Positions 1 to 8,696 are shown, numbered from the stretch's first letter. The stretch is 17,573 nt of DNA from a virus (IMGVR_UViG_2617270950_000003), one strand, 5' to 3'. Program-made: numbers and translations. Notes: a model not told the origin generated them from the sequence alone.

Positions 1-102
1 CATCAATCCAGTTTGAATCATGCAATCCCAAATGGTCTCAGGAACAACAAGACTCTTTCAGGCGGCTTGCTGTATTACTGGATGAAAAATATGCTGGTAA
101 AA

Positions 103-447
103 TTACCATTTCGGCGGACTCTTCAGAGAACCCGTAATTATTCCCGGTAGTTTTCCTCTGTAGGTTATCAACACATCCTGCGCCTCTAAAATTACGGGGC
201 GCTTTTCCGGCGACTGCTCATCCCCTTCACATAACCCGGCAGCAACATCCAGGAAGACCTGTCTGATGCTCCTTCTGGCTGCTGCCTCATAAAACTCCAG
301 CGCGGCACCTTCAACACGGTCCAGCGAGATGTCCAGGTCAAAAATTTCACCGTCAAAGCGTTTTTTGTCCCGTAACGCTAAAGTTACCGTAACTTTATTC
401 TCAAAATTGCGGATCCCTTTCACAATCAGTTCATAGTTTTGAGTCAT
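103..447 (-). CDS. hypothetical protein (114 aa), translationally coupled to the holin; not lysozyme-like
   Basis: ORF track. ATG at 447 lies 4 nt after the holin stop (TAA TTCA ATG) and is preceded by a GGGGAGAG Shine-Dalgarno-like sequence. No SAR/signal segment or lysozyme catalytic pattern visible. No family recognised. Confidence 0.5.
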   Translation of the reverse strand: MTQNYELIVKGIRNFENKVTVTLALRDKKRFDGEIFDLDISLDRVEGAALEFYEAAARRSIRQVFLDVAAGLCEGDEQSPEKRPVILEAQDVLITYRGKLPGIITGSLKSPPKW

Positions 448-451
448 TGAA

Positions 452-667
452 TTACTCTCCCCGTGCCGCCTTACGACGGTCCTCTCTGATTTTGAAATAC
501 AGGTTAGTCAGATATGTCAGCAGCCCAAACAGCAGACTCCCCAGCACGCCTATTGCCGCCCACTGAGACGGGGAAACCCTGTCCAGCAACTGCAGGAACC
601 AGTAGCCCGTTCCCACTGCTGACGTGGTGTATGACACACCTGTTGTGATTTTTTCCATCTGGTACAT
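452..667 (-). CDS. S: class II holin (pinholin), phage 21 S21 / DLP12 EssD family, dual-start motif
   Basis: Internal start [26 protein letters not shown]...[40 protein letters not shown] is near-identical over the C-terminal two thirds to my recollection of S21. Two Met codons (M1, M4) fit a holin/antiholin dual start. ORF track extends to 745, but the upstream extension has no homolog support. Confidence 0.85.
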   Translation of the reverse strand: MYQMEKITTGVSYTTSAVGTGYWFLQLLDRVSPSQWAAIGVLGSLLFGLLTYLTNLYFKIREDRRKAARGE

Positions 668-817
668 ACCCCGTCTCCCGTTATCCGGAAGCTGACAACA
701 ATAAAAAAAGCCACCAGTTAAGTACTGATGGCTCTGATAACTCATGCAGGCATCTCAGACGACCCACTGACACTACCGGTGAGTTTAACGATACCTTCCA
801 TTTGACTGGCTCACTTT

Positions 818-2316
818 TTATGATGATGCCGGTGCATTTATCTCCAGCACCAGACTTTCTATCTCAACGCCATACGCTGCATTTTTGGTAATATCCGTCA
901 GCGTCAGCGCATTCAGCCCCAGTGTCAGACTGTCTTTTATGACCTGGAATGCCGGGCCAGCCACTCCATTCAGTTTCGGAGTAACCGTGGCACTGCCGGC
1001 GGTGAACACCAGCTCCAGCGTCTGCCAGTCGTTACTGTAATTCCCGAACTCGCCCAACTTTGTGTTTCCGGCTTTCTTGTGATGCATCAGATTCAGTTTG
1101 CCGTCTGTGGTCTGGGTGAAGAACGACATCAGGAACGGGTTACCAGTCCCGGTCATCGCCACGACGTCAGGTAACGCTACATCGGTATAGCGGTTGCCAT
1201 ACGATCCGGAATAATGCTCCTGCGCGCCCATGAACTGAAATGTGTCGGGCGGTTTGATGATACCTGGTTTCCATTCGTTCTCGATGCCGCACCGTAATAT
1301 CCTGATGCCGGAATATCCGGATCTTCTGCCGGTGCGTTAGTGGCGGTATTGACGCCGTTACCGTCTGTCATGAAGGGCACAAAATAAACGCCCTCACTCT
1401 CCCTGTTTTTATACCCGCCGTACACGGTGTCGTACTGGGTAGCGTATGTATTTTTCCAGTAATACGTCGTGTCACCACAAATCCACGGCACATTTACAGC
1501 ACTACCACCATGACACTGCGCGTTAAACACAGTGAGGTCAGCACGAAACTGCTTCAGCATGGCTGTAAACAGCGCAGGTTGCTGTGCGTAGGTGGCGGCG
1601 TTCATGTCAAACTCTCCCTGCATCCAGCACACCGCCAGCAACACATTTTTCGGGTTCTTCTGTAATGCAGCTTTAGTGCGCGCAATCAGGTCCTGATATA
1701 ACGGTTTACCCACACCCCAGCGTGCCGAATCCTGGCTGGCCCCCGCGTCCGCACTGAATGTCCCCTCCGCGCCCTTGGTGAATGCCGAACCACCACGACA
1801 GCATGGTACCAGCAGGATCCCCGCGTTATTCGGGATATACGGGAGCAGTTTTTTGGCAATATGTAAGCCCTGGCCGACACAGCCGTACTGCCCTTTGCTC
1901 AGGTCTGCCTTCGGATGATTCAGCGTACTCATATCCTGCACATCATGCAGACAGTGGTCAGCCGGGATGATGTCGTTATACGTACAACTCTCTCCACCCG
2001 GAGTTACCGTGCTGCGGCGCGCCAGCTGTTTAATGCGCGGATCCGGAGCATCGTAAGAATCCGGTAACGGAAGCCCTTCACCGTAGGCCATGCCGTTGGA
2101 CTGTCCGGCAAGCACAACCACGTAGAACCAGTCCGGCTCAGATGAAGGGCCGACCTGTGGATCTCCTTCAATAGCCACCGCCTGCATCAGTGTGTACGGC
2201 GTAATGGCAACCGGTCCGCCATATGGCTGCCAGCCCTCTTTCAGTTTGTGTGTCAGCTTTTCCGCAAGGTCTGACGGCGACGCCGCCCTGACAACATCAT
2301 AGTGTTTAAATGCCAT
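818..2316 (-). pseudogene. nanS: nanS-p-like sialate O-acetylesterase (N-terminal DUF1737-like region plus SGNH/SASA esterase core), reading frame interrupted
   Basis: The 379-aa ORF (1177..2316) has a strong SD (GGGAGGA) and the esterase-type block VVVLAGQSNGM. The 137-aa ORF (818..1231) continues the protein in a different frame; its frame is open upstream to about 1338, so a single frameshift lies between about 1180 and 1340. Position after the tRNA cluster and before the holin matches prophage nanS-p. Confidence 0.75.
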
Positions 2317-2508
2317 GAATCCTCCCGGCCGGGATAATATTGTGAGTAAAATGAGGAGCGGGCTGAAGTCCGGAAGTTACAGGACAATGGCAGAAGAGAG
2401 ACAATAGCCCGCAATACGAAAAAGGCCGCGCTATTGCGCAGAGTGATTACTGTCGGATATTATTCGCCAGCTGAAATATTACTTCACGTTTTGTTGTTTA
2501 TTCCTTGC

Positions 2509-2538
2509 CGCCCGCGTCTCCCTGCGCGGGATTTTTTT
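2509..2538 (+). terminator. intrinsic terminator candidate (plus orientation)
   Basis: Hairpin cccgcg-tctccctg-cgcggg followed by a T7 run (atttttttg). Confidence 0.5.
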
Positions 2539-2540
2539 GT

Positions 2541-2568
2541 CCATAAGAAAGCCCCTCCGGAGAGGGGC
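2541..2568 (-). terminator. intrinsic terminator candidate (minus orientation) downstream of the tRNA cluster
   Basis: Hairpin gcccctc-cgga-gaggggc; on the minus strand it is followed by UUUCUUAU. Together with 2509-2538 this forms a bidirectional terminator pair in the tRNA-nanS intergenic region. Confidence 0.5.
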
Positions 2569-2805
2569 TGGAGAGTGGCGCTATGTGCCATTGCATGGTG
2601 CCGGGTGCCTCCCGGTGAATTCAGTACCAGCACCTGAATCCGCGATTATCCCATATACCTACTCGCTGATTGCCCCTCCGCACAGGGGGATTCACCATGC
2701 CAGTTTCTTTTAACAAACTCCCCGCAAAACAGACAACTGTCAACCGTCTGAATTGTGAGACATTTAAAAAAAAGGCCCGCAAAAGCGAGCCAGGGAAAAT
2801 AAGTG

Positions 2806-2882
2806 TGGCGCGTTGTACTGGATTCGAACCAGTGACCGATTGCTTAGAAGGCAATTGCTCTGTCCGGCTGAGCTAACAACGC
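2806..2882 (-). tRNA. argO: tRNA-Arg, anticodon UCU (argO-like)
   Basis: Manual fold of the reverse complement: GCGTTGT acceptor, GCTC/GAGC D-stem, anticodon loop CTTCTAA (TCT), GGTTCGAATCC T-loop, encoded CCA. 77 nt. Confidence 0.8.
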
Positions 2883-2895
2883 AGGGTACAGATAA

Positions 2896-2972
2896 TGGAC
2901 CGCCATCGGGGACTTGAACCCCGCGCAGCCAGCTTCGAAGGCTGGCGCTCTATCCTGATGAGCTAATGGCGG
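2896..2972 (-). tRNA. argN: tRNA-Arg, anticodon read as UCG (argN-like)
   Basis: Manual fold: acceptor CCGCCAT/ATGGCGG, D-stem GCTC/GAGC, anticodon stem CCAGC/GCTGG with loop CTTCGAA (TCG), T-arm CGGGG-TTCAAGT-CCCCG, encoded CCA. Anticodon assignment should be confirmed with tRNAscan-SE. Confidence 0.7.
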
Positions 2973-2979
2973 TATGTGA

Positions 2980-3055
2980 TGGTGGCCCTTGCTGGATTTG
3001 AACCAGCGACCTGGCGATTATGAGTCGCTCGCTCTCACCACTGAGCTAAAGGGCC
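2980..3055 (-). tRNA. ileZ: tRNA-Ile2-like, gene anticodon CAT (lysidine-modified type, ileZ-like)
   Basis: Reverse complement GGCCCTTTAGCTCAGTGGTGAGAGCGAGCGACTCATAATCGCCAGGTCGCTGGTTCAAATCCAGCAAGGGCCACCA closely resembles E. coli tRNA-Ile2 (ileX) as I recall it. Anticodon loop CTCATAA. 76 nt with CCA. Confidence 0.75.
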
Positions 3056-3093
3056 GGGCGATAATAACGCGAATTAATCTCAATTCATCCGTT

Positions 3094-4143
3094 TCAAACG
3101 ATTAAATCCTGAACTTCCCTGACTGTCTGCTCAAAACGTCCGGTCTCCAGCTCAACACCAATCGCACGACGCCCCAGTGCCATCGCCGCTTTTACCGTTG
3201 AACCCGACCCCATGAAAAAATCCGCAACCAGATCACCAGGACGACTACTTGCGCTGATTATCTGCTGCAGCATTTCTGCCGGTTTTTCGCACGGATGTTT
3301 CCCTGGATAGTACTGCACCGGTTTATACGTCCACACATCGGTGTACGGCACCTGCGCCGTCACACCGAAATACCTCCGCAAATTTTTATATTCACTCAGC
3401 AGTTCCATATACTGCCGGTTCAGCTCACTGTATGTGCTGACCAGTTGGTAATGGGGCTTTTCCAGTTCTCCCCGCTGATGTTTCTCTTCTGCCACCCGGG
3501 CAAACAGCGACTGTAATTTCAGATAATCGCTTTCGTTCGGTAGCTGCCACTGACTGGCACTGAACCAGTGCGACACCATGTTTTTCTTTCCTGTGGCATC
3601 TGCAATCTGTTTTGCCGTTATCCCCAGGGCCGCGCGCGCATCACGAAAGTAAGAAATCAGCGGGGCCATCACATGCTGTTTCAGTGCACTGCCCTTCGCC
3701 GCATACCCGGCATCTTTCGGACGATACGGCCCCTGATAATGTTCCGCGAACAGAATGCGCTCTGTGGCGGGGAAATACGCCCGCAGGCTTTCCTTGTTGC
3801 ATCCGTTCCAGCGTCCGGACGGCTTCGCCCAGATAATATGGTTCAGCACACTGAAGCGTTCACGCATCATGATTTCGATATCAGATGCCCGGCGATGACC
3901 ACAGAACAGGTAAAGACTTCCGGCAGGTTTCAGCACCCGCCAGAACTGCGCCAGACACTGGTCCAGCCACTTCAGGTAATCATCGTCGCCCTTCCACTGG
4001 TTATCCCAGCCTTCAGGCTTCACTTTAAAGTACGGCGGGTCCGTGACTATCAGGTCAACAGAATTTTCGGGTAACGACCGGATAAATTCCAGGCAGTCGG
4101 CGTTGATTAACTCACAACTGGATATTTTTACAGTATTAAGCAT
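3094..4143 (-). CDS. DNA N6-adenine methyltransferase (beta-class: DPPY motif IV precedes FxGxG motif I), apparently orphan
   Basis: 349-aa ORF with N-terminal LIVTDPPYF and C-terminal DFFMGSGST. No adjacent restriction endonuclease candidate. Confidence 0.8.
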   Translation of the reverse strand: MLNTVKISSCELINADCLEFIRSLPENSVDLIVTDPPYFKVKPEGWDNQWKGDDDYLKWLDQCLAQFWRVLKPAGSLYLFCGHRRASDIEIMMRERFSVLNHIIWAKPSGRWNGCNKESLRAYFPATERILFAEHYQGPYRPKDAGYAAKGSALKQHVMAPLISYFRDARAALGITAKQIADATGKKNMVSHWFSASQWQLPNESDYLKLQSLFARVAEEKHQRGELEKPHYQLVSTYSELNRQYMELLSEYKNLRRYFGVTAQVPYTDVWTYKPVQYYPGKHPCEKPAEMLQQIISASSRPGDLVADFFMGSGSTVKAAMALGRRAIGVELETGRFEQTVREVQDLIV

Positions 4144-4278
4144 GGATCATTAAGCCTGTCTCTGATAGGCTCATTCTGCTTTTGCGCAAAGCAGTGGGCC
4201 TGAGGTTTGCTTGTGAACCCAACGCATGAGCAGATGGCTGGTGGGTGCCCCTAACACCCACCAGCCGCCCATTTACCA

Positions 4279-4307
4279 CAAATAAAAAAGCCTTCACTGC
4301 GGAAGGC
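4279..4307 (-). terminator. intrinsic terminator (minus orientation) overlapping the stop of the 65-aa gene
   Basis: Minus-strand hairpin GCCTTC-CGCAGT-GAAGGC followed by TTTTTTATTT. Confidence 0.6.
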
Positions 4308-4491
4308 GTCTGTAACAACCGAACTGATAGTCTGCCAGACCCGCCATAACCAGCTGGGTCAGTATTAACTGGCAGCGTTCGCGTGAAAGGTAAGTATTCT
4401 GCGCAATCTCCCCGACTGTCGCCGGGTCGGTAACGCTTAATTCATTAAACACCACTCTGGCGGTTTCTGTCATATCCTGCTGTTTTAGCAT
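4294..4491 (-). CDS. small hypothetical protein (65 aa), possible helix-turn-helix
   Basis: Internal ATG at 4491 preceded by AAGGGA. Sequence MLKQQDMTETARVVFNELSVTDPATVGEIAQNTYLSRERCQLILTQLVMAGLADYQ. Bracketed by two intrinsic terminators. HTH call is by eye only. Confidence 0.45.
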   Translation of the reverse strand: MLKQQDMTETARVVFNELSVTDPATVGEIAQNTYLSRERCQLILTQLVMAGLADYQFGCYRRLPQ

Positions 4492-4610
4492 GTCTTTTTC
4501 CCTTTTCCGGTTAACGTGACACACCAATAACTCTTGTCGAAAAAGCCAGCAAGCTGAAAGACAGGTATTCACCGCCACCAGCACGTTTACTGTACTGGAC
4601 CGATTTCAGC

Positions 4611-4638
4611 CATAAAAAAACCCGCTCGCGGCGGGTTT
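4611..4638 (-). terminator. strong intrinsic terminator (tR'-like) about 70 nt downstream of the Q-like gene
   Basis: Minus-strand hairpin CCCGC-CGCGA-GCGGG followed by TTTTTTTAT. An A7 run on the other side makes it partly bidirectional. Confidence 0.7.
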
Positions 4639-4706
4639 AAGCTGTGTGGCGAAGTAACCACTCTTAACATACTGACATACTTTTTGCGGACCGCACTAAT
4701 CATTTT

Positions 4707-5087
4707 TTACTTTTTTAGCAGCCAGTCGTCCATCTCCAGTCTTACCCCCAGCACAGACAAACATCCGTCAATAAACCCTTCGGCTATCTGCATCTCAATT
4801 CGTATTGCTTTTTCGCTTTTCTTTCTCGTCCTGGCTATCTGTCTTTTTGATATTCGCAACAAATAATGAGCAATGAGAAGCGAATACTCCTCAGGTTTTT
4901 TCTGCTTCAGACGAGCAAGACAGTTTTCAATGATAAGTCCGTCATCATCGCAGCAGGCCGGACGTGGTTTAGTGGCAGATGGTAAAAGTCCTTTGAATCC
5001 GGCAGCGATCGGAGAATAGTCCACCCCGGTGTTACCACTTGCAGCCCATGCCCCCCAGCGTTCAAGAACCATCTGAATATCACGCAT
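4707..5087 (-). CDS. Q: late-gene antiterminator Q-like protein
   Basis: 126 aa from ATG at 5087 (MRDIQMVLERWGAWAASG...) with a GGAGAAA SD-like sequence. Recognised from memory as the small Q family of 21/933W-type phages. Synteny: after the replication/nin genes, before tR', tRNAs and lysis genes. Confidence 0.65.
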   Translation of the reverse strand: MRDIQMVLERWGAWAASGNTGVDYSPIAAGFKGLLPSATKPRPACCDDDGLIIENCLARLKQKKPEEYSLLIAHYLLRISKRQIARTRKKSEKAIRIEMQIAEGFIDGCLSVLGVRLEMDDWLLKK

Positions 5088-5104
5088 CAACTTTCTCCAC
5101 AAAA

Positions 5105-6124
5105 TCAGGACAGCACACCTATCGCCAGCGCGCGATCGATAAAACGAAATATCAGCTCCAGTTGGGAACCATACTTCTCTTCAAATGCCACGGTATCCGC
5201 ATGCAGTCCGTCATGGTGTTTTCTGCACAAAGGCAACACAAAAAGGTCATGCGCTTTTGTACCCATTCCACCCTGACCATGACCAATCAGGTGATGAGGA
5301 TCGTCGGCTGGCTTACCACAACATGCACACGGCTGCGTCTTAACCCAGCGCGTGTACTTTTCATTAACCCAGCGACGACGTTTTGGGCGTAACATAAAAG
5401 ACTCCGGCGACTCCGGATCCACTTTCAGCGCCAGCACCTTTTTCGCCTTATCCTGGATGATGCTGGTGGCAGGAACCGAAGGCACAAGGTCACTTTCCCG
5501 GGTGACAGACGGCACAACAGGCTTCGGTAATCTCAGTGCCTTACGGGCTGCACTTTCCGGTAAGGCATCCGCCAGGTCATTACGAACCAGCCACCAGCAC
5601 AGTTCCGGCATTGTCACAACGTGGCTGTCATCAAAACCGAGATCACGACGGACTACGGACAACACCCAGCGGGCACAGTTATCCGTTGCCATTGATTCCA
5701 GACGTTCCGTGAACTGATCGCGAAGCAGGTTATCGCAGTGCCAGCACAGACGGATTGCACCCGGAGCGTGTCGCATTGTGGTCATGTTCTCGCTGTGCCA
5801 GTCGGAATGAGGCCACTGGCAGCCTTTTTCACGAAGTAACCAGCTTTCAAGACATTCCACGCCACCAGCACGACGGATCACTGCCTCATTGCGGAACACG
5901 GCCCGAACGGCAGGATCATCCGCCAGCGGTTGTGATGCCGCCGGAACGGCACCACTGGCGAAAGATGAATAACGTTCCGGCTCAGGCTCCAACAGGACAC
6001 GCCCCTGCATAAACAGGGGCATCAGCTCTGAACCGGGCCTGAACAATACAATCCCCATACGCGGGGCAATTTCAGGGGTCAGCAGTGCTCTCACGGTCAC
6101 CTCAGCAAACGATATTGAATGCAT
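5105..6124 (-). CDS. DUF968-like (YdfU-like) Cys/His-rich prophage protein, possible nuclease
   Basis: 339-aa ORF. C-terminal block CACCGKPADDPHHLIGHGQGGMGTKAHDLFVLPLCRKHHDGLH resembles the DUF968 motif of nin-region proteins. No SD before the annotated start, so the true start may be internal. Confidence 0.5.
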   Translation of the reverse strand: MHSISFAEVTVRALLTPEIAPRMGIVLFRPGSELMPLFMQGRVLLEPEPERYSSFASGAVPAASQPLADDPAVRAVFRNEAVIRRAGGVECLESWLLREKGCQWPHSDWHSENMTTMRHAPGAIRLCWHCDNLLRDQFTERLESMATDNCARWVLSVVRRDLGFDDSHVVTMPELCWWLVRNDLADALPESAARKALRLPKPVVPSVTRESDLVPSVPATSIIQDKAKKVLALKVDPESPESFMLRPKRRRWVNEKYTRWVKTQPCACCGKPADDPHHLIGHGQGGMGTKAHDLFVLPLCRKHHDGLHADTVAFEEKYGSQLELIFRFIDRALAIGVLS

Positions 6125-6145
6125 ACAGAGAAAAAAACTCAGTCA

Positions 6146-6403
6146 TCACGCAGTAAACTCCTTCACCAGTATTTCAAACTGGCTTACCTGTCCTTCCAGT
6201 TCCTCCACGCAATCCACCAGCTCATCCACCGCCTTTTGTGTACGGTGTTTTGCCTGCAGCAGATCACGAAGCGCCGGAGTAAGCTGCTTGCGGAGCGTAT
6301 CTTTTGCCACGCTCGTTTTTTCCATCTGTTCAGCACAACGAAGCATCTCCTGCGCCTGCCGACGAAGTTGTTCCGGTGAAACAGTGGTTGTTCTGTTGTT
6401 CAA
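6146..6403 (-). CDS. hypothetical coiled-coil protein (85 aa)
   Basis: ATGA overlap with the DnaB-like stop (6400-6403). Charged, helical-looking sequence. No family recognised. Confidence 0.5.
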   Translation of the reverse strand: MNNRTTTVSPEQLRRQAQEMLRCAEQMEKTSVAKDTLRKQLTPALRDLLQAKHRTQKAVDELVDCVEELEGQVSQFEILVKEFTA

Positions 6404-7800
6404 AATAAACGCTCCGTTTTACTACCCGACATGCGGTTATTGCTGTATCTGCGCGGATTGCCCGGCGTCATGGGAGTGGAAAGAACCCGGGCACTCTCCT
6501 GATCCACAGGCAGAAAATGCCCGTTATGAAAACGCCGGTAAATGGTACCCAGCGTGCCATTACGCTGTTTCGTGATGTTGATTTCTGCTATGCCTCTGGC
6601 CTGAGTTTCCGGGTTGTATACCTCATCCCTGTAAAGCATCAGAATGATGTCGGCATCCGCCTCGATTTCCCCGGAGTTTTTCAGGTCCGAGTTCATTGGG
6701 CGTTTATTGGGTCTGGATTCCACGCCGCGGGAGAGCTGGCTCAGAGCAATCAGCGGAAAACCGCCGGATTTTGCCAGGCTTTTAAGTCCCTTTGAGATTT
6801 CCCCCACCGCAAGGTCGTGACGCCCCGTGCTGCGGGTTTTAATCAGGCCGAGGTAATCGACCACCACCAGCGCCGTTTCCGGGTGTTTCATCCGGTGGTG
6901 CTTCGTGGTTGCACATATCTCATCAATGGTCAGGTTTGCCTGGTCCACCATCCAGATATTACGCCCCGTCATTCGTCCCACGCCCTGCGTGAAACGCGCC
7001 CAGTCTTCATCTTCAAAACGGGCAACAGACTTAAGACGGGATACCGGCATTCCACCGGCAGCAGACACCATACGTTCACCAATCTGGATGTTCGCCATCT
7101 CCATGGTGAACAGAAGCACGCCATGCCCCTGCTCAGTCACCTTGTCGATGATGTCCAGCGCAAGTTCGGTTTTCCCCATCGAAGGACGGGCGGCAATGAA
7201 TACCAGGTCTCCGGGCTCCATACCGCCCGTTTTTGCGTCCAGTTCATCAATACCGGTCATCAGCGCCCTGGATTTCTCCAGTCCCTGATTGCGGCATTCA
7301 ACACGGTCGACCACTTCCGGAAGGACATCATCAATGTGAACCGGCTGAATGACGCCCTTTCCGGTCGACAGTGAGGCCATCATGTTCTGCGCATCCTTCA
7401 GGGCATCCTCGGCTGCTTCACAGGTATACGCATCACGTAAATTCTGTAATGCTTCAGTCAGTGTTTTTTCTGCATCGCGCAGTGCGGCATTGCGCCGCAA
7501 CGCTGCGACATAGTGCTCCAGTGAAGACTTCACCCAGGTTTTGCGTCCGGTGTCGGTAATCACCGGGGCAAGTTCCGGCATCTCATTGCACAGCAGTACG
7601 GGGTCAATGACGCCGGATATGCGAGCCTGTCTGCAAATCCCCGCGTAAATATCCCGGTACTGACGCACAAAAAATACATCCGCCGGAAGTGTGGCCAGAA
7701 TATCCATCACTTCCGGATCGGCCCCACGCAGAAAAAACGCACCGATGACAGCGCCTTCCAGGTCATCGTTACGCCATGCTGGGGTGTTCTGGCTGGTCAT
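6400..7800 (-). CDS. replicative DNA helicase, DnaB family
   Basis: 466 aa. Walker A AARPSMGKTELALD and DnaB-like C-terminal RecA-fold blocks. Start overlaps the upstream gene stop. Confidence 0.9.
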   Translation of the reverse strand: MTSQNTPAWRNDDLEGAVIGAFFLRGADPEVMDILATLPADVFFVRQYRDIYAGICRQARISGVIDPVLLCNEMPELAPVITDTGRKTWVKSSLEHYVAALRRNAALRDAEKTLTEALQNLRDAYTCEAAEDALKDAQNMMASLSTGKGVIQPVHIDDVLPEVVDRVECRNQGLEKSRALMTGIDELDAKTGGMEPGDLVFIAARPSMGKTELALDIIDKVTEQGHGVLLFTMEMANIQIGERMVSAAGGMPVSRLKSVARFEDEDWARFTQGVGRMTGRNIWMVDQANLTIDEICATTKHHRMKHPETALVVVDYLGLIKTRSTGRHDLAVGEISKGLKSLAKSGGFPLIALSQLSRGVESRPNKRPMNSDLKNSGEIEADADIILMLYRDEVYNPETQARGIAEINITKQRNGTLGTIYRRFHNGHFLPVDQESARVLSTPMTPGNPRRYSNNRMSGSKTERLF

Positions 7801-8696
7801 GCGGCAACACCTCCGATACGAGAACGGTAGCTGGGCCAGTTAAACGACAACCAGTTGCGCCCGCCATCGGTGATCCTGTCGGCAATCCGGGGACTGATGA
7901 ACGCCCACAATTCTTCCGGTGAAAGGTTGCTGATCAGGATAGTTGGCAAAATACCCTCATACCGGGCATTGATAATTTCCTGCAAAATGGCCATTTCAGC
8001 CGCACTGCCAAACTGAACGCCGACTTCGTCGACAATCAGCAAATCCAGTGACGCATAATGCTCAATGACGTCATCCGCTGTTTTTTCACTGTCATTCCGC
8101 CAGCAGTTTTTCACAGCCCGGGTAAGGCGCATCACGTCGGTGATCTCCACACTGGCCAGATAGTTACGGATGATGTGTTTTGCCATTGATACCGCCAGAT
8201 GATTTTTCCCGGTACCGCAACTGCCGGTCATAACAAGACTGGTACCGTTCTCCAGCATATCTGGCCAGTTCTCCGCATAGCGGCGACAGGCCGCAAGATT
8301 TCTGGCTGCGTCAGGATTAACCTCCAGATAATTATCAAACTCGCAGTCCCGAAAACGCAGAGCAATTCCGGCGTTATCAGTCAGTTCTTCCGCCTTGAGG
8401 GACGACAGTTCCATGGTCAAATCACTGGCCTCAGCGATCAAGCAGTCAGGGCAGCATGAAATTTTTTCTCTGTCCTCGCCATTACGATCGATCCACACCA
8501 GTATATGCGTACGATATTTACCGTGTTTTTCGCAATATCCGCGACCTTCACGCATCAGGCAGGAACGATAAGGCCATGGCTTTTCGCCCTTCTGAGCAAA
8601 TGCAATCTCTGCCCGTAACTCATCCATTTCTGCCCGTAACTCATCCATTCGCGCCTGTAGTCTTGTTTGTTTCTCACGTTGGTCAATCGTCATCAT
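7797..8696 (-). CDS. DnaC/IstB-like AAA+ helicase loader with N-terminal Cys-rich region
   Basis: Walker A GSCGTGKNHLA and Walker B LLIVDEVG. Likely ATG at 8696 with a GAGGTGA SD (ORF track starts at a GTG at 8705). Contains an in-frame tandem MDELRAE-MDELRAE. Confidence 0.85.
   Translation of the reverse strand: MMTIDQREKQTRLQARMDELRAEMDELRAEIAFAQKGEKPWPYRSCLMREGRGYCEKHGKYRTHILVWIDRNGEDREKISCCPDCLIAEASDLTMELSSLKAEELTDNAGIALRFRDCEFDNYLEVNPDAARNLAACRRYAENWPDMLENGTSLVMTGSCGTGKNHLAVSMAKHIIRNYLASVEITDVMRLTRAVKNCWRNDSEKTADDVIEHYASLDLLIVDEVGVQFGSAAEMAILQEIINARYEGILPTILISNLSPEELWAFISPRIADRITDGGRNWLSFNWPSYRSRIGGVAA
8608..8649. repeat. perfect 21-bp tandem duplication (tctgcccgtaactcatccatt x2) inside the DnaC-like gene
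   Basis: Read directly from the sequence; encodes the duplicated heptapeptide MDELRAE in frame. Confidence 0.8.

Noticed and set aside
103-447. Endolysin immediately after the holin
   Set aside because: No SAR or signal segment, no lysozyme or glycosidase catalytic pattern, and the size (114 aa) is small for an endolysin. Kept as a hypothetical gene.
1686-1970. ORFs 1686-1880 (minus) and 1782-1970 (plus) inside nanS-p
   Set aside because: Alternative-frame and antisense ORFs within the esterase gene; Arg/His/Pro-rich translations with no start signals.
2317-2805. Possible stxA/stxB or another toxin gene between the tRNA cluster and nanS-p
   Set aside because: The interval is only about 490 bp and holds two terminator hairpins. 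The only ORFs there (2434-2637, 2621-2854, 2670-2876) are short, overlap the argO-like tRNA or the terminators, and have no convincing ribosome-binding site.
3295-4074. Plus-strand ORFs 3295-3516, 3568-4074 and 3612-3836
   Set aside because: They lie entirely inside the well-supported methyltransferase gene on the opposite strand; read as antisense shadow ORFs.
5352-7559. Plus-strand ORFs inside the DUF968 and DnaB-like genes (5352-5717, 5755-6012, 6517-6795, 6817-7374, 6905-7288, 7371-7559)
   Set aside because: Antisense to long, motif-supported genes, with Ser/Arg/His-rich low-complexity translations typical of shadow frames.
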